64,000 bases of DNA from an uncultured Acidimicrobiales bacterium. GTDB taxonomy: Bacteria > Actinomycetota > Acidimicrobiia > Acidimicrobiales > SHLQ01. The notes under the pieces were generated by a model. That model was not told the DNA's origin. It did not search any database and saw only the letters and a list, made by a program, of their open reading frames with translations. Made by a program: the position numbers and the translations under genes. Numbering within the stretch: position 1 is the first letter of the stretch; each line of letters starts with the position of its first letter. Location of the stretch: assembly GCA_938038815.1 (NCBI GenBank), contig CALHTF010000008.1:24296-88295 (forward strand), given 5' to 3'. Positions 46,339-55,732 of the stretch are shown here, piece by piece.

Positions 46339-46996
46339 GCCTCAAGCCACACCCTTTGTCTTTGGCGTCGACCTCGACGGCGTCTGCGGCGACTACACCA
46401 CGGCCTTTCGAGAGGTCGTCGCCGACGAACTCGGTGTGAGTATCGAATCGTTGCCGCTCGAGCGATCGTGGGACTTCAACGAATGGGGTCTCACCCCGGA
46501 AACATTTGGTGAACTGCATCAAAAAGCGGTGCTCGAGCGACGTATCTTTCGCGACATGCCGGTCATGAAGGACTGTGCCGACGCGCTCTGGCGGCTCAGC
46601 GACGCCGGCGTATGGATCCGAATCATCACGCACCGCCTGTACGTGAACTGGGGGCACGCGACCGCCATCGCCGACACGGTCGAATGGCTCGATACCGCTC
46701 GGATCCCCTACCGCGACATCTGCTTCTTGGGTGCCAAGCCCGAAGTCGCCTGCGATGCCTACGTGGACGATGGCGGACACAACATCATCGGGCTGCGCGA
46801 AACGGGCAACACGGTTATCGCCTTCGACGCGCCTTACAACAAGTCGATACCCGGCCTGCGGGCCCACGACTGGCTCGAGGTTGAACAGATCGTGCTCGAC
46901 CTGGCCGCCCAAGGCGGTCGGTACGTCGAGGTGCAGTTACCTGGCCTGCCATCGGGCGCTGAGCGGCTCGATAACCGCCGACCCGAGGCTGGCTAA
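46331..46996 (+). CDS. HAD-superfamily 5'(3')-deoxyribonucleotidase-like (NT5C-type) hydrolase
   Basis: It has the DxDGV motif in FGVDLDGVCGDY. I chose GTG 46331, which gives an 8-nt overlap with the SDR stop. The family assignment is moderate. Confidence 0.6.
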   Translation: MAEPQATPFVFGVDLDGVCGDYTTAFREVVADELGVSIESLPLERSWDFNEWGLTPETFGELHQKAVLERRIFRDMPVMKDCADALWRLSDAGVWIRIITHRLYVNWGHATAIADTVEWLDTARIPYRDICFLGAKPEVACDAYVDDGGHNIIGLRETGNTVIAFDAPYNKSIPGLRAHDWLEVEQIVLDLAAQGGRYVEVQLPGLPSGAERLDNRRPEAG

Positions 46997-47035
46997 AGCC
47001 CAGGCTCGCTAACCCCCGGGGCCCGCGAAGGGCGG

Positions 47036-47833
47036 TTAGCTCTTCTTGTAGTTCGGCTTGCGCTTCTCGGCGAAGGCTCGCGGGCCTTCTTTCGCGTCGT
47101 CGGAGTTAAACACCGCTTCGCCGATCGGAGCTTCAAAGGCCCACGCCTCTTCCTCGGTCATCCCGATGGTGCCCCGTAGCGTTTTGATAATGCCCTCGAC
47201 GGCCAGCGGACCGTTCTCGGCGATCGTGGCGGCGATCTCCTTGGCTTTGTCGAGCGCCGAGCCATCGGGAACCACGTGGCCGATCAGGCCGAGCGACTTC
47301 GCCTCGGCGGCGCTGATGTGTTTGCCAGTCAGCAAGATATCGGCCGCTTCGGTATAGGGAATTTGGCGAGCGAGGCGCACCGCAGAGCCACCCATTGGAT
47401 ACAACGACCACCGGGCCTCCGAAACACCGAACTTGGCGCTCTCGCCGGCGACGCGAATATCGGTGCCTTGGAGGATTTCGGTACCGCCGGCGATCGACAC
47501 GCCCTCCACCGCCGCGATGATCGGAACCGGCGGCTGATAGGTCTTGAGCAGACCTCGGTAGATGAAGTCCGAGCCTTCATTGGCCATCCGGCCCGAAACG
47601 TCGTAGTCGTCGGTGGCGTCGACATCGCCCGCCATCGCCCGCAGGTCCATGCCCGAGGAGAAGTTGCCGTCGGCACCGGTCAAGATGATGACTCGAATGT
47701 CGTCGCTCTCGGCCGCTTGCTCCCAGGCGTCGGCCATGCGGGCGAACATCGCCAGGGTCATGGCGTTCTTGCGCTGGGGCCGGTTGAAGGTGCACGTCAT
47801 TACGTGGTCAGCCACGTCTACCAAAAGATCCAT
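47036..47833 (-). CDS. Enoyl-CoA hydratase/isomerase (crotonase) family protein
   Basis: It has the crotonase fold pattern ([11 protein letters not shown] ... [15 protein letters not shown] ... [17 protein letters not shown]). ATG 47833 is preferred. Confidence 0.85.
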   Translation of the reverse strand: MDLLVDVADHVMTCTFNRPQRKNAMTLAMFARMADAWEQAAESDDIRVIILTGADGNFSSGMDLRAMAGDVDATDDYDVSGRMANEGSDFIYRGLLKTYQPPVPIIAAVEGVSIAGGTEILQGTDIRVAGESAKFGVSEARWSLYPMGGSAVRLARQIPYTEAADILLTGKHISAAEAKSLGLIGHVVPDGSALDKAKEIAATIAENGPLAVEGIIKTLRGTIGMTEEEAWAFEAPIGEAVFNSDDAKEGPRAFAEKRKPNYKKS

Positions 47834-47841
47834 GCTTCTTC

Positions 47842-48591
47842 TTAGCGCGTGCGACGCACCACTTCGAAACACAGGATCGACGCGGCGGCCGACACGTTGA
47901 GCGACTCGACTCCCCCGGCGAGCGGGATGGCAACCGAGCGATCGACCGCGACCGATAGGCCTCGAGTCTCGTTTCCCAGAACAAAGGCGACCCGGTCGCC
48001 GAAATCGGCGGTGTAGATGTCGTCACCGCCGGCGTCGAGGCCAATCAACTCGAACCGACTGTCTCGTAGTTGCTCTACCGCGTCCTCGACGGTCTCGACC
48101 CGCAGGATCGGGGCTCGAAACGCCACCCCGGCCGACGCTTTGATCGTGATCGGCCCGATCGCTGCGGTGCCGCGGCTCGGAACTACGACCCCGTCGATCC
48201 CGGCGGCGACCGCCGAACGCAGGATCATGCCAACGTTGGCGGGGTTGTGGAGCTGATCGAGCACCAAAACGGTGGTCGCCCACTCGCGGCCACCTCGGCG
48301 GGCCTCCAAAAAGGCGCTGAGCTGGCGCATGGCGGGCGCGACGATGTCGGCCACCACGCCTTGGTGATGGCGAGGAGAACCAGCAACCGAGGTCACCTTG
48401 CGCTCGGTAACCTTCTCCACGGCAATGTTGCGAGCGCTGGCCTTGCGCCGGATCTCGGTAATCGGGTCGCCCTGGGCGCGGTCGGACAGGAGAATCTTGG
48501 CGATGTCGAGTTGCGGGTCGTCGAGCGCCTCAAGAACCGGGTTACGGCCGGCGACGGTGAGGTACCGGTCGCGGGGTGATGGTTCGGTCAC
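47842..48591 (-). CDS. TrmH/SpoU-family RNA 2'-O-methyltransferase (RlmB-like)
   Basis: It has SpoU motifs ([37 protein letters not shown]). The GTG start overlaps the upstream TGA (GTGA). Confidence 0.85.
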   Translation of the reverse strand: MTEPSPRDRYLTVAGRNPVLEALDDPQLDIAKILLSDRAQGDPITEIRRKASARNIAVEKVTERKVTSVAGSPRHHQGVVADIVAPAMRQLSAFLEARRGGREWATTVLVLDQLHNPANVGMILRSAVAAGIDGVVVPSRGTAAIGPITIKASAGVAFRAPILRVETVEDAVEQLRDSRFELIGLDAGGDDIYTADFGDRVAFVLGNETRGLSVAVDRSVAIPLAGGVESLNVSAAASILCFEVVRRTR

Positions 48592-49421
48592 CCGCGTTCG
48601 GCGAGCACCGAACGGGCAACCTCGAGGTCGTCGGGATTGGTGACGCCGATCCAGTTCTCCGACGACGACAGTACTTCGACGGTCAGGTCGCCTGACGCCA
48701 TGAGCTCAGCAACCGCTTCGGGCAACAAGAACTCAGACTTCTCTTCGTGGCCGTGCGCCTCGAGGAACGTGGCGAACTTGGTTTCGAGGTGACCAAACAA
48801 CGATTGGGGTAATCCCCACATGTTCATCGATACCAGCGTGGTGTCCGGGTAGGACCCCGGCGGGTCCTCGCTGGTGATCTCGCCCGAATCGGCTCGAGCG
48901 ATGCCGTGCGTTTCGACGATCGACGACAGCCGGTTTGCCGAGTCGGCCTCACACACCCCCCGCGACACCGCGCCCACCTTGGGCAGCGTTCGCGACAGCT
49001 CGAATCCGACGATCGATGCTTCGGTCGGCGATGCGTTCTGCATAAACGACACCACCTGTTGGTACGAACTCGAACCGTAGTAGTCATCGGCATTCACTAC
49101 GACGAAGGGCCCATCGACCGCATCGGCCACGACGAGCACCGCGTGCGCCGTGCCCCAGGGCTTGGTTCGTTCGGGGCCGTGGGTGTCTTGGCACACCGTC
49201 TCGACATTGAGATCGGGGTGTTGGGTTGCGACATGGTCGAGGACTTGTTGTTCGATCGATGACCGCACGACGATGATGACTTTGTCGACCCCGGCCGCGG
49301 TTGCGTCGCGGATCGCATAGTCAAAGAAGGCTTCGCCGCTCGGGCCTACGTCGACGAGTTGTTTGTCGCCGCCGAAACGGGATCCGAGGCCGGCGGCCAT
49401 GATGAGCAGGTTTACACCCAT
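48588..49421 (-). CDS. Sugar-phosphate nucleotidyltransferase family protein
   Basis: It has the N-terminal NTP-transferase motif LIMAAGLGSRFGGDKQL. Confidence 0.75.
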   Translation of the reverse strand: MGVNLLIMAAGLGSRFGGDKQLVDVGPSGEAFFDYAIRDATAAGVDKVIIVVRSSIEQQVLDHVATQHPDLNVETVCQDTHGPERTKPWGTAHAVLVVADAVDGPFVVVNADDYYGSSSYQQVVSFMQNASPTEASIVGFELSRTLPKVGAVSRGVCEADSANRLSSIVETHGIARADSGEITSEDPPGSYPDTTLVSMNMWGLPQSLFGHLETKFATFLEAHGHEEKSEFLLPEAVAELMASGDLTVEVLSSSENWIGVTNPDDLEVARSVLAERG

Positions 49422-49490
49422 AGGAACGGACTTTCTATCGAAGTGGAATGCAAGTGTACGGCCTAGAAGGCCGACACCTGTGAACGCTCG

Positions 49491-50264
49491 CTACTTATCG
49501 CCCGCGGCGTTCGGCGGGCGCTCGCCCGCTACGAATGCGTCGCGGGCCTTGTCGCCCACGCCTAACAGGTTTAGCTCGAAGGTAAAGCCCTGCTCATAGC
49601 GATAGCTCGATCGAACATCGACCTCATCGATACCGTTCATCGACGCCTTGGCGGCCCGCATAACGGTCGGGTCCTTGCTGGCGATCACGGCCGCCAAACT
49701 CTGGGACTCCTCGGCCAAATCGTCGACCGTGTCGACCACTTTGTAGACCGATCCGTAGCTGGCCAGCTCGCTGGCCGGCGCCGGCTCGGCGGTGTAGAGC
49801 ATCTGGCGAGCCCGGTGCTGGGGTACGAGCCGACGAAGATGGGTCGCCGCCCCGAGGGCCCCGTTATCGACCTCGGGTAGCCCAAAGGTGGCGTTGGAGG
49901 TCGCCAACAACACGTCGGCGTTGCCGGCGATACCGATGCCCGTTCCGAGGCAGAAATCCTGCACCGCGACGACCGTCGGGACCGCGCACTCATACACCGC
50001 CCGAAACAGTTCGAAGCACGACCGGTTGGCCTGAACGATTCCTTCGTTGTGTTCGAGTTGTTGCATTTCCTTGATATCGACCCCCGCGCAGAACCCGCGG
50101 CCGGCGGCCGACAGCACCACGACCCGCACGTCGGGGTTCCACTTGTACCCATCGAGGATCTTGGCCAGCTCGTACGTGTCGGCGATGTTCAAGGCGTTGA
50201 CCGGCGGGTTGTTCATCACCAGCGATGCGATGCCTGCGTCGTCGATCGATTCGTGAATCGTCAT
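49491..50264 (-). CDS. Enoyl-CoA hydratase/isomerase (crotonase) family protein
   Basis: It has crotonase motifs (NNPPVNAL, VLSAAGRGFCAGVDI, VVAVQDFCLGTGIGIA). Confidence 0.85.
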   Translation of the reverse strand: MTIHESIDDAGIASLVMNNPPVNALNIADTYELAKILDGYKWNPDVRVVVLSAAGRGFCAGVDIKEMQQLEHNEGIVQANRSCFELFRAVYECAVPTVVAVQDFCLGTGIGIAGNADVLLATSNATFGLPEVDNGALGAATHLRRLVPQHRARQMLYTAEPAPASELASYGSVYKVVDTVDDLAEESQSLAAVIASKDPTVMRAAKASMNGIDEVDVRSSYRYEQGFTFELNLLGVGDKARDAFVAGERPPNAAGDK

Positions 50265-50273
50265 GGGCGAACC

Positions 50274-51464
50274 TTAGGCCTTCACGATCACGGACGAACC
50301 GTGTCCGAACAGGCCTTGATTGGCAGTGATGCCGACTTTGGCGCCTTCTACCTGACGGCCGGTGGCCTGGCCGCGTAGCTGCCAGGTGAGTTCGCACACC
50401 TGGGCGATTGCTTGGGCGGGTACGGCTTCGCCGAAGGCGCCGAGCCCGCCGCTCGGGTTTACGGGTAGGCGTCCGCCGATGCTGGTATCGCCGGCGCGCA
50501 ACAGCTGTTCGGCTTCGCCCTTAGCGCAGAACTGCAACTGCTCGTACCAGTCGAGTTCGAGGGCCGACGACAAGTCATACACCTCGGCGACGTCGATGTC
50601 GTCGGGGCCAACACCGGCTTGTTCATAGACCCGAGCACCGATCGCCTCTTTAAAGCTGAGGTCGGGTTCGGCCACCGCGCCTGCGCTGTCGGTAGCAAGG
50701 TACGGCAGATCGATGATGGTGTCGGGATAGGTCGGCGTGACAAGCGAGATGCCGGCCACCTTCACCGGGTTGGTATGGCCGTGCGCCTTGGCGTACTCCA
50801 TGCTCGATACCACGATCGCTGCTCCCCCGTCGCTGGTCGCACAAATATCGAGCAACCGAAGCGGATCCGAGACCACGGGTGAGTTCTCGATGTCTTCGAG
50901 GGAGTACTCCTTGGTGAACCGGGCGTTCGGGTTCGATGCACCATGGCGAGAATTTTTGACCTTCACCGAAGCGAAGTCGGCCGCCGAAGCGCCGTACAAC
51001 TCGATGCGCCGGCGGGCGTGCATACCGAAGTACACCGGGTTGGTGGCACCGATCATGTGGAACCGCAGCCAGTCGGTGTCGTCGGGGCGCCGGCCTTCGT
51101 TGGGCGCCAAGAAACCCTTTGGCGTGGTGTCGGCACCGATCACCAGTGCCACATCGCAGGCGCCCGAAAGAATCTTGTTCCGAGCGACATCAAGCGCGGT
51201 TGCCCCAGAAGCACACGCCGCGTACGAACTTGCGACCTCGGCGCCGGTAAACCCAAGCGCCCGGCTAAAGCTCGACGCCGAGACGTACCCCGGGTAGCCG
51301 TTACGCACCGTGATTGCGCCTGACACGAACCCCACGTCGCCATAGGCGACGTCAGCGTCGGCCAACGCGTCGCGGGCAGCCTTTACGCCGTACTCGACAA
51401 AGTTGCGGCCCCACTTACCCCACGGGTGCATCCCCACCCCAAGAATCGCTACTTCGTCGGTCAT
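50274..51464 (-). CDS. Thiolase-fold protein of the SCP-x / lipid-transfer type
   Basis: It has the nucleophile region SSYAACASGATAL and a C-terminal NPSGGLGAFG region. ATG 51464 overlaps the upstream gene's TGA (ATGA). Confidence 0.85.
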   Translation of the reverse strand: MTDEVAILGVGMHPWGKWGRNFVEYGVKAARDALADADVAYGDVGFVSGAITVRNGYPGYVSASSFSRALGFTGAEVASSYAACASGATALDVARNKILSGACDVALVIGADTTPKGFLAPNEGRRPDDTDWLRFHMIGATNPVYFGMHARRRIELYGASAADFASVKVKNSRHGASNPNARFTKEYSLEDIENSPVVSDPLRLLDICATSDGGAAIVVSSMEYAKAHGHTNPVKVAGISLVTPTYPDTIIDLPYLATDSAGAVAEPDLSFKEAIGARVYEQAGVGPDDIDVAEVYDLSSALELDWYEQLQFCAKGEAEQLLRAGDTSIGGRLPVNPSGGLGAFGEAVPAQAIAQVCELTWQLRGQATGRQVEGAKVGITANQGLFGHGSSVIVKA

Positions 51465-51934
51465 GACGGGGTCCCTTCGGTCGTGCTCAGTTGCCATTTC
51501 CAGGTCAGGTATTCGTTTTCGTCGTCTTCGTACAACGTGTCGATGATCAGCTCGACCGGCGTTCCCAAGGTGAGGTCGTCGATGCTGACGCCGTCGGCCA
51601 TTTGGCCGAGCACGACCATCTGTTCCTTCTCCAACTGCACCGCGGCGATGACGATCGGCTCATACGGTTCGGTCGCCACGACGTAGGGCGGTGGCGGGGC
51701 ATAACTACTGGTGGTGAAGCTCCACACCGTGCCGGTTCGGCTCAACAGCACCTCTTCCATATTGGCGCCGAGCGCCCCCGAGTCGGTGGTGGCGGCGGGG
51801 ACGGTCGGATCGGTTCCGCCGAGATGCTTGGGAAAGCAGTAGTTCTCTCGGCCCGGCGATTTACCGCCGATCAGATGAGGTGGGTCGTCGGTCGTGAACA
51901 AGCCTTCGACCGCGGGAACTCGTGTTTTGGCCAC
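51461..51934 (-). CDS. DUF35 OB-fold protein (thiolase partner subunit)
   Basis: It has an OB-fold C-terminal pattern (GTVWSFTT...PIVIAAVQLE...VVLGQM...GTPVEL). GTG 51934 is preceded by AGGAAG at good spacing. It is translationally coupled to the thiolase gene. Confidence 0.7.
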   Translation of the reverse strand: MAKTRVPAVEGLFTTDDPPHLIGGKSPGRENYCFPKHLGGTDPTVPAATTDSGALGANMEEVLLSRTGTVWSFTTSSYAPPPPYVVATEPYEPIVIAAVQLEKEQMVVLGQMADGVSIDDLTLGTPVELIIDTLYEDDENEYLTWKWQLSTTEGTPS

Positions 51935-52053
51935 CGGTGGTGCTTCCTGACTTTGCGTTGATGGTCTGGCCACCATACCGGCGATGGGTGTTACAGACCG
52001 AAACACTCGACCACTCGGTCGGGCGCGTCAGAGGGGTCAGGTACCGTGGCCCC

Positions 52054-52881
52054 ATGGCAACTCAGCGGAGCGTTCTTGTGGTGTCGGACCTCGACGGCAC
52101 GTTGTGGGACGAACACCAGTGGATTCACCACGACACGGCGGCCGCTATCGCCGAACTCGAGAGCCGCGGCGTGGAGCTGTTGTTGGCTACCGGTCGGCGT
52201 CTGTCGAGCGCCCGCAGCGCGTTTGCGCTCAACGACCTGTGGAAGCCATCGATCATGCTCAACGGCACGCTCGGGGCGTTGTTTCCCGATGACGAGCTGT
52301 TTCATACCGCGTGCTTCCCGGTCGAGGCCGGAGCCGCGGTGCACGAGGTCTTTCTGCATCACGGCCACGAACCGGTGCTCTATGGCTCCGATGGGTTGGT
52401 GTATGGCGCCGCGACGGCCACGACCGGCGCAACCCATCGGCGGGCGCTCGCCGCCGATCTCATCGAGTCCGATCCGGTGCGCCACCTCGAAGCCGGTACG
52501 GCACTGGCACTGTCGATCAACGGGGTACAGCTCGATGGTCTCGAAGGTCTCTGTAGCGACCTCCAGGGCCTGGGCCTGTTCGTCGACGTGTACCAAGACC
52601 CGCTGTATGGCCAGTGGTCGATAACCGCTCAGCCGCCCGGCGTGTCGAAACAGACGGGCATCGATGCCTATATCGCTCACCGGTTTTCCGGTGAGCCTCG
52701 TCCGGCGGTGATAGCGCTGGGCGACGCGGGCAACGATGTCGAGATGATCGCTGCCGCCGACATTGGCATTGCCATGGCGAACGGCCACGAGTCGGTGACC
52801 TCGATCGCCGACCGACTCGTCGCTGGCCCAGCCCAAGGTGGGTGGGCCCAGGTGCTGTTGGCGGTCGACGAGTTTTCGTAA
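52054..52881 (+). CDS. HAD-IIB (Cof-type) phosphatase
   Basis: It has motif I VVSDLDGTLWDE and motif IV ALGDAGNDVEMI. I chose ATG 52054. Confidence 0.8.
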   Translation: MATQRSVLVVSDLDGTLWDEHQWIHHDTAAAIAELESRGVELLLATGRRLSSARSAFALNDLWKPSIMLNGTLGALFPDDELFHTACFPVEAGAAVHEVFLHHGHEPVLYGSDGLVYGAATATTGATHRRALAADLIESDPVRHLEAGTALALSINGVQLDGLEGLCSDLQGLGLFVDVYQDPLYGQWSITAQPPGVSKQTGIDAYIAHRFSGEPRPAVIALGDAGNDVEMIAAADIGIAMANGHESVTSIADRLVAGPAQGGWAQVLLAVDEFS

Positions 52882-52923
52882 CCGGCACACGGGTTTTGGG
52901 GCGGTTCACCGCTGGTCACTATC

Positions 52924-54015
52924 GTGCGAAACATGATCTCAGCAGGCGACGAATACCCGGTCCATCAAACCGCGGAGTGGATCGCCCACCCCGCGACGAG
53001 CGACAAGAATTTCTACGATCGCAACTACTTCAACTTGCATCACTGCAACGACGATCTGTTCGCGATCTTTGGGATGGGCCAATATCCAAACCTCGGCGTG
53101 CACGACGCGTACATCACGGTGCGTCGAGGCGACACCCACCACGTGATTCGATCGTCGCGCCCGCTGACCGACCGCATGGACACCACCGTGGGCCCCATCC
53201 GGATCGAAGTGATCGAGCCGCTCCAGAAGGTGCGGTTCATCGTGGAGCCGAGCGAACACAGCGTCGAGGCCGACGTCACATGGCACGCCAGCTGCCCCGC
53301 CTTCGAAGAGCCGAACCAGTTCCTGCGAGCTGGCGGCAAAGTGGTGTTCGATACCCAGCGATTCGCGCAAACCGGAACCTGGGAGGGAACGCTCAAGGTT
53401 GGCGACGAAACCTTTGATGTGCAGCCCGCCGATTGGTGGGGGGTTCGCGATCGTTCGTGGGGCGTGCGACCGGTGGGCGAGAAAGAAACCGATGGCATCC
53501 GAGCGGGCCTCAATGTCATGCCAGGTATGTGGAACTATTTCCCAATGAAATTTGATGATCACGCGATCATCTATATGTGCCACGAGCGTCCCGATGGGGT
53601 TCGTCCCCTCGAGGAGGCGGTTCGGGTGTGGGACGACCCAACCCGCGAGATCGAACATCTCGGGCGCCCAGAATGGGAGCATCAGCTCACGCCGGGCACC
53701 CGCATGCTCGAAGGCTCGACCATCCGGATGCCCCATGCCGGCATCGAAGTGGCGTGCACCCCGCTGTTGGTCAACTATGTGTCGGTCGGAACCGGCTACG
53801 GCATGGACCAGGATTGGCGCCACGGCATGTATCACGGGCCCGAACTGGTCGTACAAGGGTTGCAGTTGGCGACCGAGGAGATCGCCAAGCTCGGTCAGTA
53901 TGGCGTGGTCGACCACGTTGGGCGCTTCGAGTACGAAGGCAACGTCGGATTCGGCCTGTACGAACATGGGTTCTTTGGCCCGTTTCCACCGGTGGGACTG
54001 TCCTCAGCTCACTAG
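52924..54015 (+). CDS. Conserved hypothetical protein (all-beta-looking, DRSWG motif)
   Basis: 363-aa ORF with good coding character. I recognise no named family with confidence. WGVRDRSWGVRP is reminiscent of CrtC/AttH-like lipocalin folds, but only weakly. Confidence 0.55.
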   Translation: MRNMISAGDEYPVHQTAEWIAHPATSDKNFYDRNYFNLHHCNDDLFAIFGMGQYPNLGVHDAYITVRRGDTHHVIRSSRPLTDRMDTTVGPIRIEVIEPLQKVRFIVEPSEHSVEADVTWHASCPAFEEPNQFLRAGGKVVFDTQRFAQTGTWEGTLKVGDETFDVQPADWWGVRDRSWGVRPVGEKETDGIRAGLNVMPGMWNYFPMKFDDHAIIYMCHERPDGVRPLEEAVRVWDDPTREIEHLGRPEWEHQLTPGTRMLEGSTIRMPHAGIEVACTPLLVNYVSVGTGYGMDQDWRHGMYHGPELVVQGLQLATEEIAKLGQYGVVDHVGRFEYEGNVGFGLYEHGFFGPFPPVGLSSAH

Positions 54016-54080
54016 AGGAGCGGCGGCCGCTCCGGTTTTTGGTTAAGCACCCCAGATCGGGGCGCCGATGATCAAACCGT

Positions 54081-55433
54081 ATGAGTGACACCGCCCTCCC
54101 GCCAGAACGACTGCTTCGGTCGCCTTCGTCGATCGAAGAACTCGGTATCCCCCGCACCCTCATCGAAGACATCTTCATGCGCCGCCTCGCTGCGGAACGC
54201 CAGTCAATGCTGTATGCGTTGTGTGAGAGTCTCGGACTCAACATCGCCGTCGGCCGCGCCATCGCCGATGACCTGCGCGAAAAGAAGATCGTCGAGTACT
54301 TCGCGTTGGAAGGCCGCGACTACCGGATCGGGCTGACCGAGGCGGGCACCAAGATGTCCCACGACAGCCAGAAGTCATCGCAGTACTCAAGCTACCTGCC
54401 GGTTCCACTCGACCAGTACGTCGCCCAAGTATTGGCCCAAAAGGCCACCCTGCAACTCAACCGAGAAAACGTCCGAGCGGCCTTTGCTGACCTGGTGGTT
54501 GAAGAGTCGCTGCTCGACTCGCTCGGTCCGGCGTTCCTCAACGACGGTGCCATCTTCTTGTACGGCCCTCCCGGTACCGGTAAGACCGCACTCGCCGAGC
54601 GCATGATTCGGGTGCACAGCGACCAGGTTCTGGTTCCTCGAACCGTCGAGGTTGATGGTTCGATCATCTCGGTGTTCGACCCTGCGGTTCACACCGAGGC
54701 CGAAGAACAACCGGTTGGCCTCGACCCGCGGTGGGTTGCGTGCGATCGTCCGCTGGTGATCGTCGGTGGTGAGCTCAGCGCCAACATGGTTGACCTCAAC
54801 CTCGACCAGGTGTCGGGCGTGTACTCGGCTCCAATCCAGATGCTTGCCAACAACGGCATTCTGGTGGTGGACGACTTTGGTCGCCAGCAGATCGAGCCCA
54901 ACGAACTGATGAATCGCTGGATTGTGCCGCTGGCTCGCGGTATCGACTACCTCAAGCTGGCCAACGGTACGAAATTCACCTTGCCGTTCGAGCTCAAGCT
55001 GGTCGCATCGACCAACCTTGACCCCAACGCGTTGGGCGATGATGCGTTCCTGCGTCGTCTCCGCAACAAGGTGTTCATCGGCGGTATCACCCCCAATGCC
55101 TTCAACTGGATCTTGGCTCGAGTCGCCAAGGCCAAAGGCATCGAGGTCACCGGCGAAAGTGCCGCCCACCTCAAGACCATCGCCGAACGCGAGATCGGCG
55201 AGCTTCGCCCCTACCTTGCGGTCGACTTCTGCGACTTGATGATCGGTATCTGCCTTTACGAGGGGATCCCCCGGGTGCTCGATAGGGCCATGATCGACCG
55301 GGTTGCCTCGGTCTACTTCGTGAACGAAGAAGATGGTGCCGCTGCCGCAGCCGGTAGTGCATCGCTCGCCGCCGATAAGACCCCGGCCGGCAAAGCAGCC
55401 GAAGAGGCCGCCGCCGAGACTGTCGCCGCGTAA
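54081..55433 (+). CDS. wHTH-like N-terminal domain + AAA+ ATPase, function unknown
   Basis: Walker A GPPGTGKT lies at nt 54564-54587. Walker B reads ILVVDDFG (DD rather than DE). It has sensor-1-like LVASTN, and an Ala/Glu-rich low-complexity C-terminal tail. Confidence 0.75.
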   Translation: MSDTALPPERLLRSPSSIEELGIPRTLIEDIFMRRLAAERQSMLYALCESLGLNIAVGRAIADDLREKKIVEYFALEGRDYRIGLTEAGTKMSHDSQKSSQYSSYLPVPLDQYVAQVLAQKATLQLNRENVRAAFADLVVEESLLDSLGPAFLNDGAIFLYGPPGTGKTALAERMIRVHSDQVLVPRTVEVDGSIISVFDPAVHTEAEEQPVGLDPRWVACDRPLVIVGGELSANMVDLNLDQVSGVYSAPIQMLANNGILVVDDFGRQQIEPNELMNRWIVPLARGIDYLKLANGTKFTLPFELKLVASTNLDPNALGDDAFLRRLRNKVFIGGITPNAFNWILARVAKAKGIEVTGESAAHLKTIAEREIGELRPYLAVDFCDLMIGICLYEGIPRVLDRAMIDRVASVYFVNEEDGAAAAAGSASLAADKTPAGKAAEEAAAETVAA

Positions 55434-55511
55434 CCACCGGCCGACCGGCCGAACCACGCCAACCAAGACTGGGTAGACGCACCGTGGGTGTCTATACTCA
55501 GAACTGCTGAA

Positions 55512-55698
55512 TACCTCTTGTGGGAGAGCGGCGGGTGCACATGGCCCGCCCGCCGAAGGAGCAACCGCCCCGGAACCTCTCAGGCATCTTGGACCGCAGG
55601 AAACTCGCACTCTGGAGAGTGGTAACCAACGCTGGTTACCCACCGAAGGGGCAAGCCGGGAAACCGGTCAAGCTCTCAGGTTTCAGGACAGAGGGGGC
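55512..55698 (+). promoter_or_regulatory. Tandem glycine riboswitch (two aptamers) in the gcvP leader
   Basis: Aptamer 1 has GGGAGAG...CGCCGAAGGAGCAA...CTCTCAGGCA...GGACCG. Aptamer 2 has CTCTGGAGAG...CACCGAAGGGGCAA...CTCTCAGGT..CAGGACAGAG. Both match the conserved glycine-aptamer cores, and the position directly upstream of gcvP is canonical. Confidence 0.88.
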
Positions 55699-55732
55699 GC
55701 CTTTACCGACGCGCACCTGGAGCCCTGAGCAC

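Noticed and set aside
55520-55732. N-terminal 71 codons of the 1033-aa gcvP ORF
   Set aside because: This stretch coincides with the two glycine-aptamer cores. Its translation ([20 protein letters not shown]…) is not GcvP-like.
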